DNA of 32,064 nucleotides from the NCBI GenBank assembly GCA_005776735.1, contig SXOM01000167.1, forward strand, positions 1 through 32,064, given 5' to 3'. The notes under the pieces are model-generated. The model did no database searches. It was given only the letters and a program-made list of their open reading frames with translations, and was not told the DNA's origin. Below, piece by piece: positions 9,030 through 18,585 of this stretch. Position 1 is the first letter of the stretch. Each line of letters begins with the position of its first letter. Origin of the DNA: Pseudomonadota bacterium. GTDB taxonomy: Bacteria; Myxococcota_A; UBA796; SXON01. The position numbers and the translations under genes were made by a program.

Positions 9030-10736
9030 ATGGCCGTCCGTTCCGCCTCCCGAACCTACCCGACGCTGCGCTCGTTCCTGGAGGACTGGCACGGCACGCT
9101 GCGGCTCGGCGCGGTGGCGCTCCCTCCCGGGAGCCTCGACGGCGAGCCTGCGGCCACCCTCAAGCTCGACCTCGTGGTGCCGCTGGTCGGGCGCGTCGGG
9201 CCCATCGAGGTGCAGCTCCTCCAGGCGATGCCCGGCGGCGGGGCGGTGTTCCGCGTGCCGGAGTGGCCGGCCGGGGTGCTCGACGCGGTGAAGCGGGTCG
9301 AGGACGAGGTGCAGGAGCTCAAGGCGTGGCTGCTCCAGAGCGGGCAGCTCACGCTCCCCCGTGGCGACGTCGACGGCGAGCTCCGGGCACTGCGCGCCCG
9401 GGTGCAGGACCTCGAGAGCCGGCCCGCGCGGGTCGGGGCGGCTCCTGGGGCGGCGGGGCCCGCCGCGGCGCCGGCGGCCGTCGAGGGCGGGGTGGTCGAG
9501 CGGGGTCTGCCGGTGCCCGACGTGTCGGGGCTCGCGCCGGCCCTCGCGGGGACCATGGGCGACCGTTCGTTGCGCGACGCGATGATGGAGCTCGCGCTCG
9601 AGCGGGTCACGGGGCTCTTGACGATCGAGCACCCCGACGGGTCGGTGCGCTGGGGCTACTGGCACAAGGGCGGGCCGGTCGCGTGGCGCACCGAGCCGAT
9701 CGTCGAGGACGAGGTGCTCGGCATCCTCCTGTTCCGCGCCAACCAGATCACGCGCGACAACCTGGAGGCGTCGCTCGACCTCATGGAGCGCAACGGCGTC
9801 CGCCAAGGCGAAGCGCTCATCGAGATCGGGGTCATCACGTTCGCGCAGTTGGTCCTGCTGTTGCAGAAGCAGTGCGAGTTCGTGTTTCAGCGGGTCGTGC
9901 GTGAACGGGAAGGCAAGTGGACGTTCCACGTCTTGTCCGAACTGCCCGAACGCTTCGTCGCGCCGGCGCTGCGGGTGCCCTCGTTGTTGTTCCGGTCGTT
10001 GCGGCAGCACGTCAAGGACATGGCGGCCGAGGAGTTGGCGACCACGCTGCGGCCGTGGCTCGACAAGTACGTCTACATCGCCGAAGGTGCGCCGCGGGTG
10101 CTCGACGAGATGAAGACCAACTCCGAAGAGCAGGGGTTCTTCAAGATCGTCGGGTCCACCAGCTACCGTCTGCGCGAGCTCTTCGCAGTCTCCAACCTGT
10201 CACGTTCGGCGACCGCGGGGATGATCTGGACCCTGGCCGACCTGCACCTCATCGAGTTCCGCGACGAAGAGGCGGGGAGCCGCGGGGTGGAGCGGCTGGC
10301 GCGGGTGCTCGACGACCGTCGCCGCGCCGTCACCAAGGGAACCCTTTTCGAAGCGCTCGACCTCCACTGGATCTGCACCTCTGCCGAGGTGGAGATGGCA
10401 TGGCGGCGGCTCTCCAAGGAGTACGGCCCCGACAGCCACGCACGATGGGGCGCAGAAAACGCCAAATCCATTGCTCAACTGTACGAAAAGTTGGAGGCCG
10501 CCTACAACCGCCTCCGGGTGGACGCCCGCCGGCGCGAGTACCGTGCCGAGATCCTCGAGAAGATGAAGATCGAACAGTCGGCCGAGATGTTGGCGAAGAA
10601 GGGCGAGATGGCGGTGATGAAGGAGAGCGCCCGCGAAGCGCTCGAGTGCTATGTCAAGGCCTGCGAGCTGATGCCGAACGTGGCCGAGTACCAGGCGGGC
10701 CTGCAGCAGGCGCGAAACATGCGTGGCGGGGGCTGA
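9030..10736 (+). CDS. Multidomain protein: degenerate PilZ-like N-terminus, coiled coil, DUF4388-like domain, J-like domain (GPD instead of HPD), C-terminal TPR
   Basis: ERVTGLLTIE...W..GGPV...LGILLFRANQIT...GEALIEIG (DUF4388-like); TLFEALDL...AEVEMAWRRLSKEYGPD...LEAAYNRL...RREY (DnaJ-like); ALECYVKACELMPN (TPR). Confidence 0.7.
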   Translation: MAVRSASRTYPTLRSFLEDWHGTLRLGAVALPPGSLDGEPAATLKLDLVVPLVGRVGPIEVQLLQAMPGGGAVFRVPEWPAGVLDAVKRVEDEVQELKAWLLQSGQLTLPRGDVDGELRALRARVQDLESRPARVGAAPGAAGPAAAPAAVEGGVVERGLPVPDVSGLAPALAGTMGDRSLRDAMMELALERVTGLLTIEHPDGSVRWGYWHKGGPVAWRTEPIVEDEVLGILLFRANQITRDNLEASLDLMERNGVRQGEALIEIGVITFAQLVLLLQKQCEFVFQRVVREREGKWTFHVLSELPERFVAPALRVPSLLFRSLRQHVKDMAAEELATTLRPWLDKYVYIAEGAPRVLDEMKTNSEEQGFFKIVGSTSYRLRELFAVSNLSRSATAGMIWTLADLHLIEFRDEEAGSRGVERLARVLDDRRRAVTKGTLFEALDLHWICTSAEVEMAWRRLSKEYGPDSHARWGAENAKSIAQLYEKLEAAYNRLRVDARRREYRAEILEKMKIEQSAEMLAKKGEMAVMKESAREALECYVKACELMPNVAEYQAGLQQARNMRGGG

Positions 10737-10776
10737 TTCCTTCCGCGTCGCCCCGCGCACCGACGCGGACCTCGCG

Positions 10777-12141
10777 TCAGGGCGGCCGCCCGATGATGCC
10801 GAGCCACCGCTCGACCGCCTCGGCGAGCGCGGGGGCCGCTTCGGGACCGACGACCTGGCGAGGGCCGCCGGTCGCGAGGTCGACCTGCTCCCACGCGCCG
10901 TCGTTCCACGTGGTGCGCACGGTACCCTCCCACTGGGCGGCGCTGCGCGCCTGCGCCGTCGGCTCGTGGTGGCCGGGGCGCGCCGGCCCCGGGCGGTTGC
11001 CGAAGCTCATGGGGGCAGCGAGCGCCGTCGGCGCGGCGCCCGTCTCAGCCAGCGCCGGCGCCAGGAGCGCCGAGGGGGCGACGGGCAGCGGCGCCGGGGG
11101 TTCGGAGCCCGCGACCAAGAGCGGCACGCGCACCAGGCGCTCGTCGACCGGGCCGCCGAGGCCGTAGGTGCCGCCCTCCCCGAGCTTGACGCCGCTGGTG
11201 CCGACGACGACCAGGCGCCAGGGTGCGCTGCGCCACCCCCACGCATCCAGCTCGTCGAGCGCGGCGCCCAGGTGGCGGTCGTCGGCGGCGACGCCGTAGT
11301 CGTACAGATCGGTCAGCTCCTCCACGAAGGCGCCCCGCGCCGCTTCGTCCATGCGGCCCGCGTGGAACGCGGCGCAGCGAGGCTGCAGCCGGCCAAAACA
11401 GCCGAGCCCCCGCCGTGGCGGCGCCCACGAAACGCCGTCGGGCACCGGGGTGAGCGGCTCCCGCGTGGCGGACAGCACCAACGTGAGGAAGAGCGGGCGG
11501 CTCGGGTCCAGCTCCGCGCCCAAGAGCGTCTGCACCGACTGCCGAAGGTGGGTGCTCCGCGCCCCGCCGAAGCGCGACGCCACCCGGCTCGACACAAACC
11601 CCGCGTCCAGGCCCGAGGCCGGCTTCAGGAGCGGGTTCTCGCTCACCAGGGCCGTCTGGTAGCCCGCGTCGAGCAGGCGCTCGGCCACCGTCTGGACCGA
11701 CGCCGCCAGGGGCCGCACCCCCGGGCGGAGCTCGCTGCCATCCGGGGCCCAGCGGCGAACCGTGTCGACGCCGTGCTCGGGCACACCGAGGCCGGTCAGC
11801 GCGGTCGCGATGCCGGGGGTGCTCCACGTCGAGGGGGCGATGGCGTCGCACCGAACCGCGGCCCCGGCCGCGACCAGCGACTCGAGCACCGGCGTGTTCG
11901 GTCGCGGGCCGGCGCACACGCCGAAGCGGTCGGGGCGCGCCGCCTCGACCAGGACGTACACCACCGTGGGCGCGGTACGCGCCCTGGCCCGCAGGCGATG
12001 GTTGAACTTCCGCGACGCCTCCGGCGGGAGCCAGACCACCACGGCGACGCCCACGAGCACCACGAGAAGTACGATCCAGCCAAGATGTATCGTGATGGCT
12101 TGTTCGTTTCGGTTTTTTCTGGTGGGGCGACGGGTGGACAT
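10777..12141 (-). CDS. Membrane-anchored sulfatase/alkaline-phosphatase-fold protein with degenerate active-site motifs
   Basis: N-terminal TM; PTVVYVLVEAARPDRFG...TPVLE, APSTWSTPGIATALTG, TVAERLLDAGYQT, RPLFL, LYDYGV...D..LG, LVRVPLLV. Confidence 0.75.
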   Translation of the reverse strand: MSTRRPTRKNRNEQAITIHLGWIVLLVVLVGVAVVVWLPPEASRKFNHRLRARARTAPTVVYVLVEAARPDRFGVCAGPRPNTPVLESLVAAGAAVRCDAIAPSTWSTPGIATALTGLGVPEHGVDTVRRWAPDGSELRPGVRPLAASVQTVAERLLDAGYQTALVSENPLLKPASGLDAGFVSSRVASRFGGARSTHLRQSVQTLLGAELDPSRPLFLTLVLSATREPLTPVPDGVSWAPPRRGLGCFGRLQPRCAAFHAGRMDEAARGAFVEELTDLYDYGVAADDRHLGAALDELDAWGWRSAPWRLVVVGTSGVKLGEGGTYGLGGPVDERLVRVPLLVAGSEPPAPLPVAPSALLAPALAETGAAPTALAAPMSFGNRPGPARPGHHEPTAQARSAAQWEGTVRTTWNDGAWEQVDLATGGPRQVVGPEAAPALAEAVERWLGIIGRPP

Positions 12142-12157
12142 GCGGGGGGCGCCCGGG

Positions 12158-13660
12158 TCAGAGCAAGTTGCCGAGCGGGCTGTCGTACAGCACCCGCAGC
12201 GCCTTCTTCAACAGCGGCAGGCGGCCGTTGTCGTACGGGAACCACCACAGCTCCTTGTCGAGCCACGGCAGCGCGTCGTAGTTGACGTGCCGCGCTTCGC
12301 ACATGTGGCGCAGCCCGTCGTCGCTGTGGGCCACACCGATGCCCGAGGCCTTGAGCCCCGCCCACGGCGTCTCGGGCGCGGCGGCGGTGGCCAGGACGTC
12401 GTTGACCATGACCGTCCCGCAGCGGATCTGCTCGGCCAGGCGCCGGCCGCGGCTGCCGCTCCGGGTGAAGACGTAGGCCAGAAGCCCCAGGTGGCTCCGG
12501 TTGGCCTCGAGGATGGCCTCGGCTTCGCTCCCGACCTTCATCACCGGGACCACCGGCCCGAACGTCTCCTTGTTCACGATGTCCATGTCGGCGGTGACGT
12601 CGGTGAGGACGGTCGGCGCGTAGAAGAAGCCGGGCCCCTCGATGCGCTTGCCGCCGCAGGCCACCTTGGCGCCGCGGGCCACCGCGTCGTCGACCAGCGC
12701 GGTCACGATCTCGAGCTGGCGCTGGTTCACCAGCGGCCCCACGTCGATCTCGCCGGGCTGGCTCGCGTCGCCCACGCGCAGCGACTTGACCCGCGCCACC
12801 AGCTTCGGCACGAAGGTGTCGTACACCGCCTGGTGCACCACCAGCCGCTCGATCGACGCGCACACCTGGCCCGCGTTGGCGAACCCGCCCCACAGCACCG
12901 CCTCGAGCGTCCGGCGCGTGTCGGCGTCCTCCATCACCAGGGCTGGCGCTTTCCCGCCGAGCTCGAGCACGCACGGGATGAGCCGCTCCCCACACGCCGC
13001 CGCCACCTTGCGCCCGGTGGCGACGCTGCCGGTGAACTCCACCATGTCGACGCCCGCGGTCACCAGGGCTGCGCCGATGTCGCCGTAGCCGTTGACCACC
13101 TGCAGGCAGCCTTCGGGCACGCCGGCGTCGAGGTACACCTTGCGGAGGATCTGCGCCGACAACGGGGTGAACTCGCTCGGTTTGAGCACGACCGCGTTGC
13201 CCGCGACCAGCGCCATCGCGACGCCCCCGAAGCCGAGGTGGTTGGGGAAGTTCCACGGGGCGATGATCCCGACCACACCACGTGGGCGGTAGTGCAGGTA
13301 GCTGGCCCGGTGTTTGAGGAGCCGCATCGGGATGGGGGAGGGGGCGAGGATGCGCTCGGCCTCCAGCCCGAAGTACGAGAGCAGCTCGAGCTGCGGCATC
13401 ACCTCGTGCAGGAGCCCCTCGTGGCGAGGTTTGCCCGACTCACGCGCGGCGTTCTCGACGATCGTGTCGGTCGCGTCGAGCATCTTGCGGCGCACGCGCA
13501 GGATCACCTCGGCGCGCTCGGCCACCGGCCGCAGCCCCCACTCGACCTGCGCGTCCCGGGCGCGCTCGACGGCGGCGCGCACGGTTTCGGGGGTGTCGAG
13601 GGGAACCTCGCCCACGAAGCTGCCGTTGGCGGGGGAGTGGACACGGAGGGTGGCGCTCAT
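12158..13660 (-). CDS. NAD(P)-dependent aldehyde dehydrogenase
   Basis: PWNFP, LKPSEFTP, FTGS, LELGGK, GQVC (catalytic Cys), ETFGP, GLLAYVFT. Confidence 0.95.
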   Translation of the reverse strand: MSATLRVHSPANGSFVGEVPLDTPETVRAAVERARDAQVEWGLRPVAERAEVILRVRRKMLDATDTIVENAARESGKPRHEGLLHEVMPQLELLSYFGLEAERILAPSPIPMRLLKHRASYLHYRPRGVVGIIAPWNFPNHLGFGGVAMALVAGNAVVLKPSEFTPLSAQILRKVYLDAGVPEGCLQVVNGYGDIGAALVTAGVDMVEFTGSVATGRKVAAACGERLIPCVLELGGKAPALVMEDADTRRTLEAVLWGGFANAGQVCASIERLVVHQAVYDTFVPKLVARVKSLRVGDASQPGEIDVGPLVNQRQLEIVTALVDDAVARGAKVACGGKRIEGPGFFYAPTVLTDVTADMDIVNKETFGPVVPVMKVGSEAEAILEANRSHLGLLAYVFTRSGSRGRRLAEQIRCGTVMVNDVLATAAAPETPWAGLKASGIGVAHSDDGLRHMCEARHVNYDALPWLDKELWWFPYDNGRLPLLKKALRVLYDSPLGNLL

Positions 13661-13666
13661 GTCGGG

Positions 13667-13672
13667 AACCTA
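13667..13672 (-). promoter_or_regulatory. -10 element of a probable leaderless transcript
   Basis: Minus strand TAGGTT-cccgac-ATG(13660); no SD. Confidence 0.55.
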
Positions 13673-13684
13673 CCCCGAACGCAG

Positions 13685-13730
13685 CGCGACGCGAGCCGGA
13701 CCCGGATTCCTCCAGGCCGGTCGCGTCGCG
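13685..13730. terminator. GC-rich inverted repeat downstream of the 13752-14702 gene (possible terminator or stability hairpin)
   Basis: cgcgacgcga (13685-13694) is the perfect reverse complement of tcgcgtcgcg (13721-13730), extended by ccgg pairs; no U-tract. Confidence 0.35.
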
Positions 13731-13751
13731 TCGCCCACCTGTGGGCTTCGA

Positions 13752-14702
13752 CTAGTCCTCGGTCGAGAAGCTCGCTTCGTCGGCGTAGCTCGCCGGGGTG
13801 AAGGCGCAGGCGCCCTCGTCGCCGACACCGGCGTGGATCCCGGCGTCGTCCACCCAGTAGCTCGTGAGGAAGTCGCTGCCCCAGCACTCGCTCGCGGTCA
13901 CCTCGCCCGCGGCCAGGTCGCCGCCGAGGATCTTCGCGTCGCCGCGGCCCATGCCGTCGGCCTGCCAGCGCGACTTCAGGGTGACGATCTCGTCGGTGCC
14001 GCTGAGGTTGAGGTCGGCACCGTAGGCGAGGTCCATCTCGCCGGCGCCGGAGTAGTCCTCGTCGTAGTCGTACACGGCGTCGTACTTCGGCAGGTTCTCG
14101 TAGCCGTAGTCCTCGGTGACCACCAGCGCGCTCACCCCCTCGGCGTCGTAGCTGTAGGTGGTGGAGAACGTGCCGACGTGGTGGATGGCCGGGTCGAGCG
14201 CGGCGGCGGTGGTGAAGTCGATGACGAAGCTGCCGGAGGCCTCCTCACGGGTGGCGCCGGCTTCGACCTCACCGACGATGATGTTGACCGCGTCAGCTTC
14301 GACCGTACCGCCGTTGGGGACCATGAACACGGTCCAGACGTAGCTTTCGTCCTCGTTCTTCTTCACGTAGACGCCGACGGACACCGGGTCGAGGCCGCTG
14401 TCCTTGTAGGGGCCCCACAGGGCCTCGGTCTTGGCCTCGTCGACCCAGGTGGGCTTCTGGGTGTGGACCACGGCCCAGGTGGTGCCGAGCACGACCTTGA
14501 TGAGGCCGTTGACGTTCTCGGTGACGCTGCGGGTGGTCGTGTAGAACTCGGCGTAGGCCGTGGGGTCCTCGGCGGACTTGGCGGCGTCGGACGCCACCGG
14601 CATGTTGATGGCGAGCTGGTCCTCGGTGGGGATGACGTCCTCGCCGAAGATGCTGTCGTCCTGGTTGAAACCGCAGGCGGAGAGGAGGAGGAAGAGGGAC
14701 AT
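13752..14702 (-). CDS. Hypothetical lipoprotein
   Basis: 316 aa, acidic and beta-rich; GGAG SD 6 nt upstream of ATG; MSLFLLLSAC lipobox; in-frame TAA 10 codons upstream fixes the start. Confidence 0.85.
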   Translation of the reverse strand: MSLFLLLSACGFNQDDSIFGEDVIPTEDQLAINMPVASDAAKSAEDPTAYAEFYTTTRSVTENVNGLIKVVLGTTWAVVHTQKPTWVDEAKTEALWGPYKDSGLDPVSVGVYVKKNEDESYVWTVFMVPNGGTVEADAVNIIVGEVEAGATREEASGSFVIDFTTAAALDPAIHHVGTFSTTYSYDAEGVSALVVTEDYGYENLPKYDAVYDYDEDYSGAGEMDLAYGADLNLSGTDEIVTLKSRWQADGMGRGDAKILGGDLAAGEVTASECWGSDFLTSYWVDDAGIHAGVGDEGACAFTPASYADEASFSTED

Positions 14703-14802
14703 CGTGGGCTCCGTGGTTCGGGGTTGCGCTTATCGGACCCTCGGACCGGGGCGCGTCGAAAAGAAAAGTGTAGGTTAGGCACAGCCGCCCTCGGAGCCTC
14801 GG

Positions 14803-17421
14803 ATGCGCCCCTCCTTCCTGCTTCCCCTCGTGCTGCTCTTGGGGTGCCCGCCTGTCCCCGACTCCGACCCGGGGAAGGACACCGCGCCAAAGGGCCCGGC
14901 CGACGTGGACAACGACGGGTTCGACATCGAGTCGGATTGCGACGACGACGACGCGGCGGTGCACCCGGGGGCCGACGAGCTGTGCAACGAGATCGACGAC
15001 GACTGCGACGGCGTGGTCGACGATGCGCCGGTCGACGAGTCCACCTGGTACGCCGACAGCGACGGCGACGGGTTCGGGGACGCGTCCACGTTCCAGCGGT
15101 CGTGCAGCCAGCCCGCGGGGCTGGTGGCCGACGCCACCGACTGCAACGACGCCAGCGCCGACTACCACCCCGGCGCGCCCGAGACCGGCTGCACCGGTCC
15201 CGACTACAACTGCAACGGCACCTACGACGAGGGCGACGGCGACAGCGACGGGTACATGGCCTGCGACGACTGCGACGACACCCGGGCCGAGGTCAGCCCC
15301 GAGGGGGTCGAAGCGTGCGACGGCCTGGACAACGACTGCAACGGCACGATCGACGACGGCGCCGGCGGTTCGCAGACCTACTACCTCGACGCCGACGGCG
15401 ACCTGTACGGCGACCGGACCGAGCCGGTCGAAGCCTGTGCCCTCCCTCCCGGCTACAGCGAGACGGGCAACGACTGCGACGACGACGACGCCACCATCCA
15501 CCCCGGCGCCGACGAGACGTGCAACGGGATCGACGACGACTGCGACGACGATCGCGACGAGAACCCGATCGACCCCGACACCTTCTACGCCGACGGCGAC
15601 AACGACGGCTACGGGTCGAGCGCGGTCACCGCGGCCGCATGCGACGCGCCCGCCGGCTACGTCGCCGCCTCCGGCGACTGCAACGACCGCAACGCCAGCA
15701 TCAACCCTGCCGCGCTCGAGTATTGCGGGGGTACGGACTGGGATTGCGACGGCGCGGTCAACGAAGCGGACAGCGTCGACATCGCTTCGTACTACGAGGA
15801 CACCGACGGCGACGGGTACTACGGAACGTACGCGGGTGCGGCCTGTACCGCGCCTTCGGGCACGAGCTTCTCGAGCACCGACTGCGACGAGAGCGACGCC
15901 ACCATCAACCCCGCGGCCGATGACGTGTGCAACGACGTCGACGACGATTGCGACGGCGCCACCGACGACGGCAACCGGGTGCCCGAGGACTATGCGTCCA
16001 TCCAGTCGGCGGTGCTCGCGGCGTCGGCCGGCGAGCGGGTGTGTGTCGCGGGCGGCACCTACTACGAGGACGTCGACTTCTCCGGTCACAGCGTGATCCT
16101 CGAGGGCGAGGACGGTTCGGGGTCGACGACCATCAAGGGCACGGCCACGGGGTCGGTCATCACCATCGCTTCGGGCGAAGCGGCGCCCGAGCTGCGCGGC
16201 TTCACCATCACCAACGGCGACGCGGCGTACGGGGCGGGCCTGTACCTGTACGGGTCGCCCGCCGTGCTCGACGACCTCGTCATCACCGGCAACTCGTGCA
16301 CGGACACCTACTGCTACGGCGTGGGCGCGTATGTCTACTACGCCGACGTGCAGGCCACCGACGTGGAGATCTCCGACAACGCCGCGGTGCCGGCGGTCAC
16401 CAGCTCCACCACCTACTACTACACTTCGGGCGTCGGCCTGATGTACGCGGGTTCCTACGGTACGTGGGACGGCCTCACGGTGTCGGGGAACTACGCCTAC
16501 TACAGCGGCCTCTCCAGCAGCTCCCAGTACGGCTACGCCTACGGCGTCGGCATGTACCTGTCGAGCGACCACAGCACGATGGAGAACATCGTCGTGTCGG
16601 ACAACTACGCGTACCGGGGCTCCAGCACCTACGGCTACATCTACAGCTACGGTACCGGGGTCTACGCCAACTCGGGCGACTCGACGTTCGACGGCCTGGA
16701 GATCAGCGGCAACTACGCGTACCTGTACGGCACCTACGACTACATCACCGGGGCCGGCCTCTACTCCTACTACGACACGTGTGATTACAACCACCTCGAC
16801 ATCCGCGGCAACACGGCGGACGCCTACAGTATCAACGGCGTCGGGGCCTACATCGGGTACAACTCCACGCCGACCATCACCAACGCGGTGATCGCCGGCA
16901 ACAAGGGAACGTACTCGGTCAGCGGCTACAACTACATCCAGGGTGTCGGATTCGTCGCCGGCCAGAACGCGATCCCCGTGCTCACCAACGTCGACATCTA
17001 CGGCAACAAGGGCACGGCCGACTATGTGTACGGCGCCGGTATCTACCTCGACTACTACGGCGGGATCGACGCCACCAACATCGCGGTGTGCAGCAACACG
17101 GCGGCCTACAGCTCCTCGGGTGGCGGCGGCGCCGTGTACCTGTACTCGAGCAGCTACTCGTCGGGCTATTCGTTTGCCTACTCCAACTTCTACGGCAACA
17201 GCAGCAGCGAGTTCACCAACCTGTCCACGGTGGTCGGCTCGTCTGGCAACATCGCGGTCACCCCGGGCTACACCAGCGTGGTCTCGAGCGACCCGACGGC
17301 GTGGGACCTCACCCTCACGGCCAGCTCGTCGATGAAGAACGCGGGCGACGCGACGATCACCGACACCGACGGCACGCGCTCCGACATCGGCAGCCAGGGC
17401 GGCCCCGGCGGCGGCTGGTAG
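14803..17421 (+). CDS. Surface lipoprotein with MopE-like Cys/Asp repeats and a C-terminal Tyr/Gly-rich right-handed parallel beta-helix
   Basis: GGAG SD; lipobox LLGC; repeated YADxDGDGYG...DCDD...HPGA.E.CNxxDDDCDG; VPEDYASIQSAV...GTYYE.VDF.G beta-helix cap; C-terminal DGTRSDIG. Confidence 0.88.
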   Translation: MRPSFLLPLVLLLGCPPVPDSDPGKDTAPKGPADVDNDGFDIESDCDDDDAAVHPGADELCNEIDDDCDGVVDDAPVDESTWYADSDGDGFGDASTFQRSCSQPAGLVADATDCNDASADYHPGAPETGCTGPDYNCNGTYDEGDGDSDGYMACDDCDDTRAEVSPEGVEACDGLDNDCNGTIDDGAGGSQTYYLDADGDLYGDRTEPVEACALPPGYSETGNDCDDDDATIHPGADETCNGIDDDCDDDRDENPIDPDTFYADGDNDGYGSSAVTAAACDAPAGYVAASGDCNDRNASINPAALEYCGGTDWDCDGAVNEADSVDIASYYEDTDGDGYYGTYAGAACTAPSGTSFSSTDCDESDATINPAADDVCNDVDDDCDGATDDGNRVPEDYASIQSAVLAASAGERVCVAGGTYYEDVDFSGHSVILEGEDGSGSTTIKGTATGSVITIASGEAAPELRGFTITNGDAAYGAGLYLYGSPAVLDDLVITGNSCTDTYCYGVGAYVYYADVQATDVEISDNAAVPAVTSSTTYYYTSGVGLMYAGSYGTWDGLTVSGNYAYYSGLSSSSQYGYAYGVGMYLSSDHSTMENIVVSDNYAYRGSSTYGYIYSYGTGVYANSGDSTFDGLEISGNYAYLYGTYDYITGAGLYSYYDTCDYNHLDIRGNTADAYSINGVGAYIGYNSTPTITNAVIAGNKGTYSVSGYNYIQGVGFVAGQNAIPVLTNVDIYGNKGTADYVYGAGIYLDYYGGIDATNIAVCSNTAAYSSSGGGGAVYLYSSSYSSGYSFAYSNFYGNSSSEFTNLSTVVGSSGNIAVTPGYTSVVSSDPTAWDLTLTASSSMKNAGDATITDTDGTRSDIGSQGGPGGGW

Positions 17422-17450
17422 GCGGGGGCCGACGCCATCGGGCGCGTTGG

Positions 17451-17499
17451 GGGCCGCCGCGCGACCGTCCCGAGGCGGGCAAAGGCGGCCCGGCGGCCC
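17451..17499. repeat. REP-like repeat, copy 2 (inverted orientation)
   Basis: Reverse complement contains gcctcgggacggtcgcgcggcg, flanked by complementary gggccgcc/ggcggccc; lies between convergent genes. Confidence 0.65.
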
Positions 17500-17543
17500 G
17501 GCGTCGGGGCGACGGGCGCCTCACGTCGGGCGCTTGCCCTCGG

Positions 17544-17843
17544 TCAGTCGCACTCGCGGGAGTCGCCGGCGAAGCTGGCCCAGTGCCAGGTCAGGTCCTT
17601 GTCCTGGACGCAGACGCAGGCGGGGGCGCCGCCGCCGCGGTGGTCGATGTCCATGTACATCCAGCCCGCGCGGGCCGGATCGCAGTAGTCGGGCGGGTGC
17701 TCGGCCATGGGCAACGCGAGGGCGACGCCCGACGGGGGGGCCTTGCGGGCCTTGAGCAGCTCCTTCGGCGTGAGGGCGAAGGCGGTGCCCGCGCCGAGCA
17801 CGAGGGCGGCCAGGCCGGCGGTGATCCAGGGCTTGAACGTCAT
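17544..17843 (-). CDS. Small secreted hypothetical protein with four Cys
   Basis: GGAG SD; signal peptide MTFKPWITAGLAALVLGAGTAFA; PDYCD...GWMYMD...ACVCV...W...ECD. Confidence 0.75.
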   Translation of the reverse strand: MTFKPWITAGLAALVLGAGTAFALTPKELLKARKAPPSGVALALPMAEHPPDYCDPARAGWMYMDIDHRGGGAPACVCVQDKDLTWHWASFAGDSRECD

Positions 17844-18006
17844 GGTCTCTCCAGAGGTGCGCGCGGCTAACCCGGTTGGCGGGCCGCGCCTTCCCGCGAC
17901 GCGAGGAGGGGGGCCCCCCGCGGCGGTGGCTGGCGTGGTGGGTGGGCGGCGACGGCGGCGAGGGCGGCGGGCGACAGTGGGCGCGGTGGGTTACGCGCGC
18001 GACCGC

Positions 18007-18081
18007 TGGGGCGTCGACAAGCGGTAAGTCAAGGGACTTTGACTCCCTCATCCGAAGGTTCGAATCCTTCCGCCCCAACCA
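18007..18081 (+). tRNA. tRNA-Gln (anticodon TTG)
   Basis: Acceptor TGGGGCG/CGCCCCA, D arm GAC-AAGCGGTAA-GTC, anticodon stem AGGGA-CTTTGAC-TCCCT, T arm GAAGG-TTCGAAT-CCTTC, encoded CCA. Confidence 0.97.
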
Positions 18082-18579
18082 CTAGGTAGAACGCCGGGTA
18101 TTTCGATGTGACGGAAGGTGCTCCCAGCGAATCACGGCGTTGATAGAGGAGTTCCTGCGTTCGGGTTCGGCGGCGAGCAACTCGGTGGCGAGGGCGTCGG
18201 GGTGTTCCGCTCGGAGCCCGATTGTGGTGAGGGCCTCGTCGGGGAAGTCCGACAGGTTGTAGGTGACGATCCTTGGGGCCTGGGCCGCAATCGCGGTGCC
18301 GACGACATGCGCATCGTCGGGGTCGGGGAGCGCGATGTCCACGGGCGTTGGCGGGACGGCGCCGCGCGGAAACGCCCGGGTCATGGCCCCCCGCAGCCGG
18401 TGCCGCTGGTCCTCCGTGATGTCGGGCCGAGTCCTCGCGAGCGCCGCGAAGCACTCGTCCAAGATGCGGCCGGACCACACCGGCTCGATGAGGCCGGCCG
18501 ACCCGAGCCGAAGGAGGAGGTCGCGGACCGCCGCGTCGTAGAGAACGCAGGCGTCGATGACGATTCGGGAGGACGCCAC
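18082..18579 (-). CDS. PIN-domain toxin (VapC50-like/PIN_3 type), probably C-terminally truncated
   Basis: VIDACVLY...RDLLLRL...WS.RILDE...LPDPDDAHVV.TAI...IVTYNLSDFP; family-like sequence stops at ...LAAEPE and a non-family tail runs to the tRNA end. Confidence 0.82.
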   Translation of the reverse strand: MASSRIVIDACVLYDAAVRDLLLRLGSAGLIEPVWSGRILDECFAALARTRPDITEDQRHRLRGAMTRAFPRGAVPPTPVDIALPDPDDAHVVGTAIAAQAPRIVTYNLSDFPDEALTTIGLRAEHPDALATELLAAEPERRNSSINAVIRWEHLPSHRNTRRST

Positions 18580-18585
18580 GCCGTG

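Noticed and set aside
17880-18000. G-rich tract upstream of the tRNA as a G-quadruplex or ncRNA
   Set aside because: G-runs are irregular and unremarkable at this GC content; no recognisable RNA family structure.
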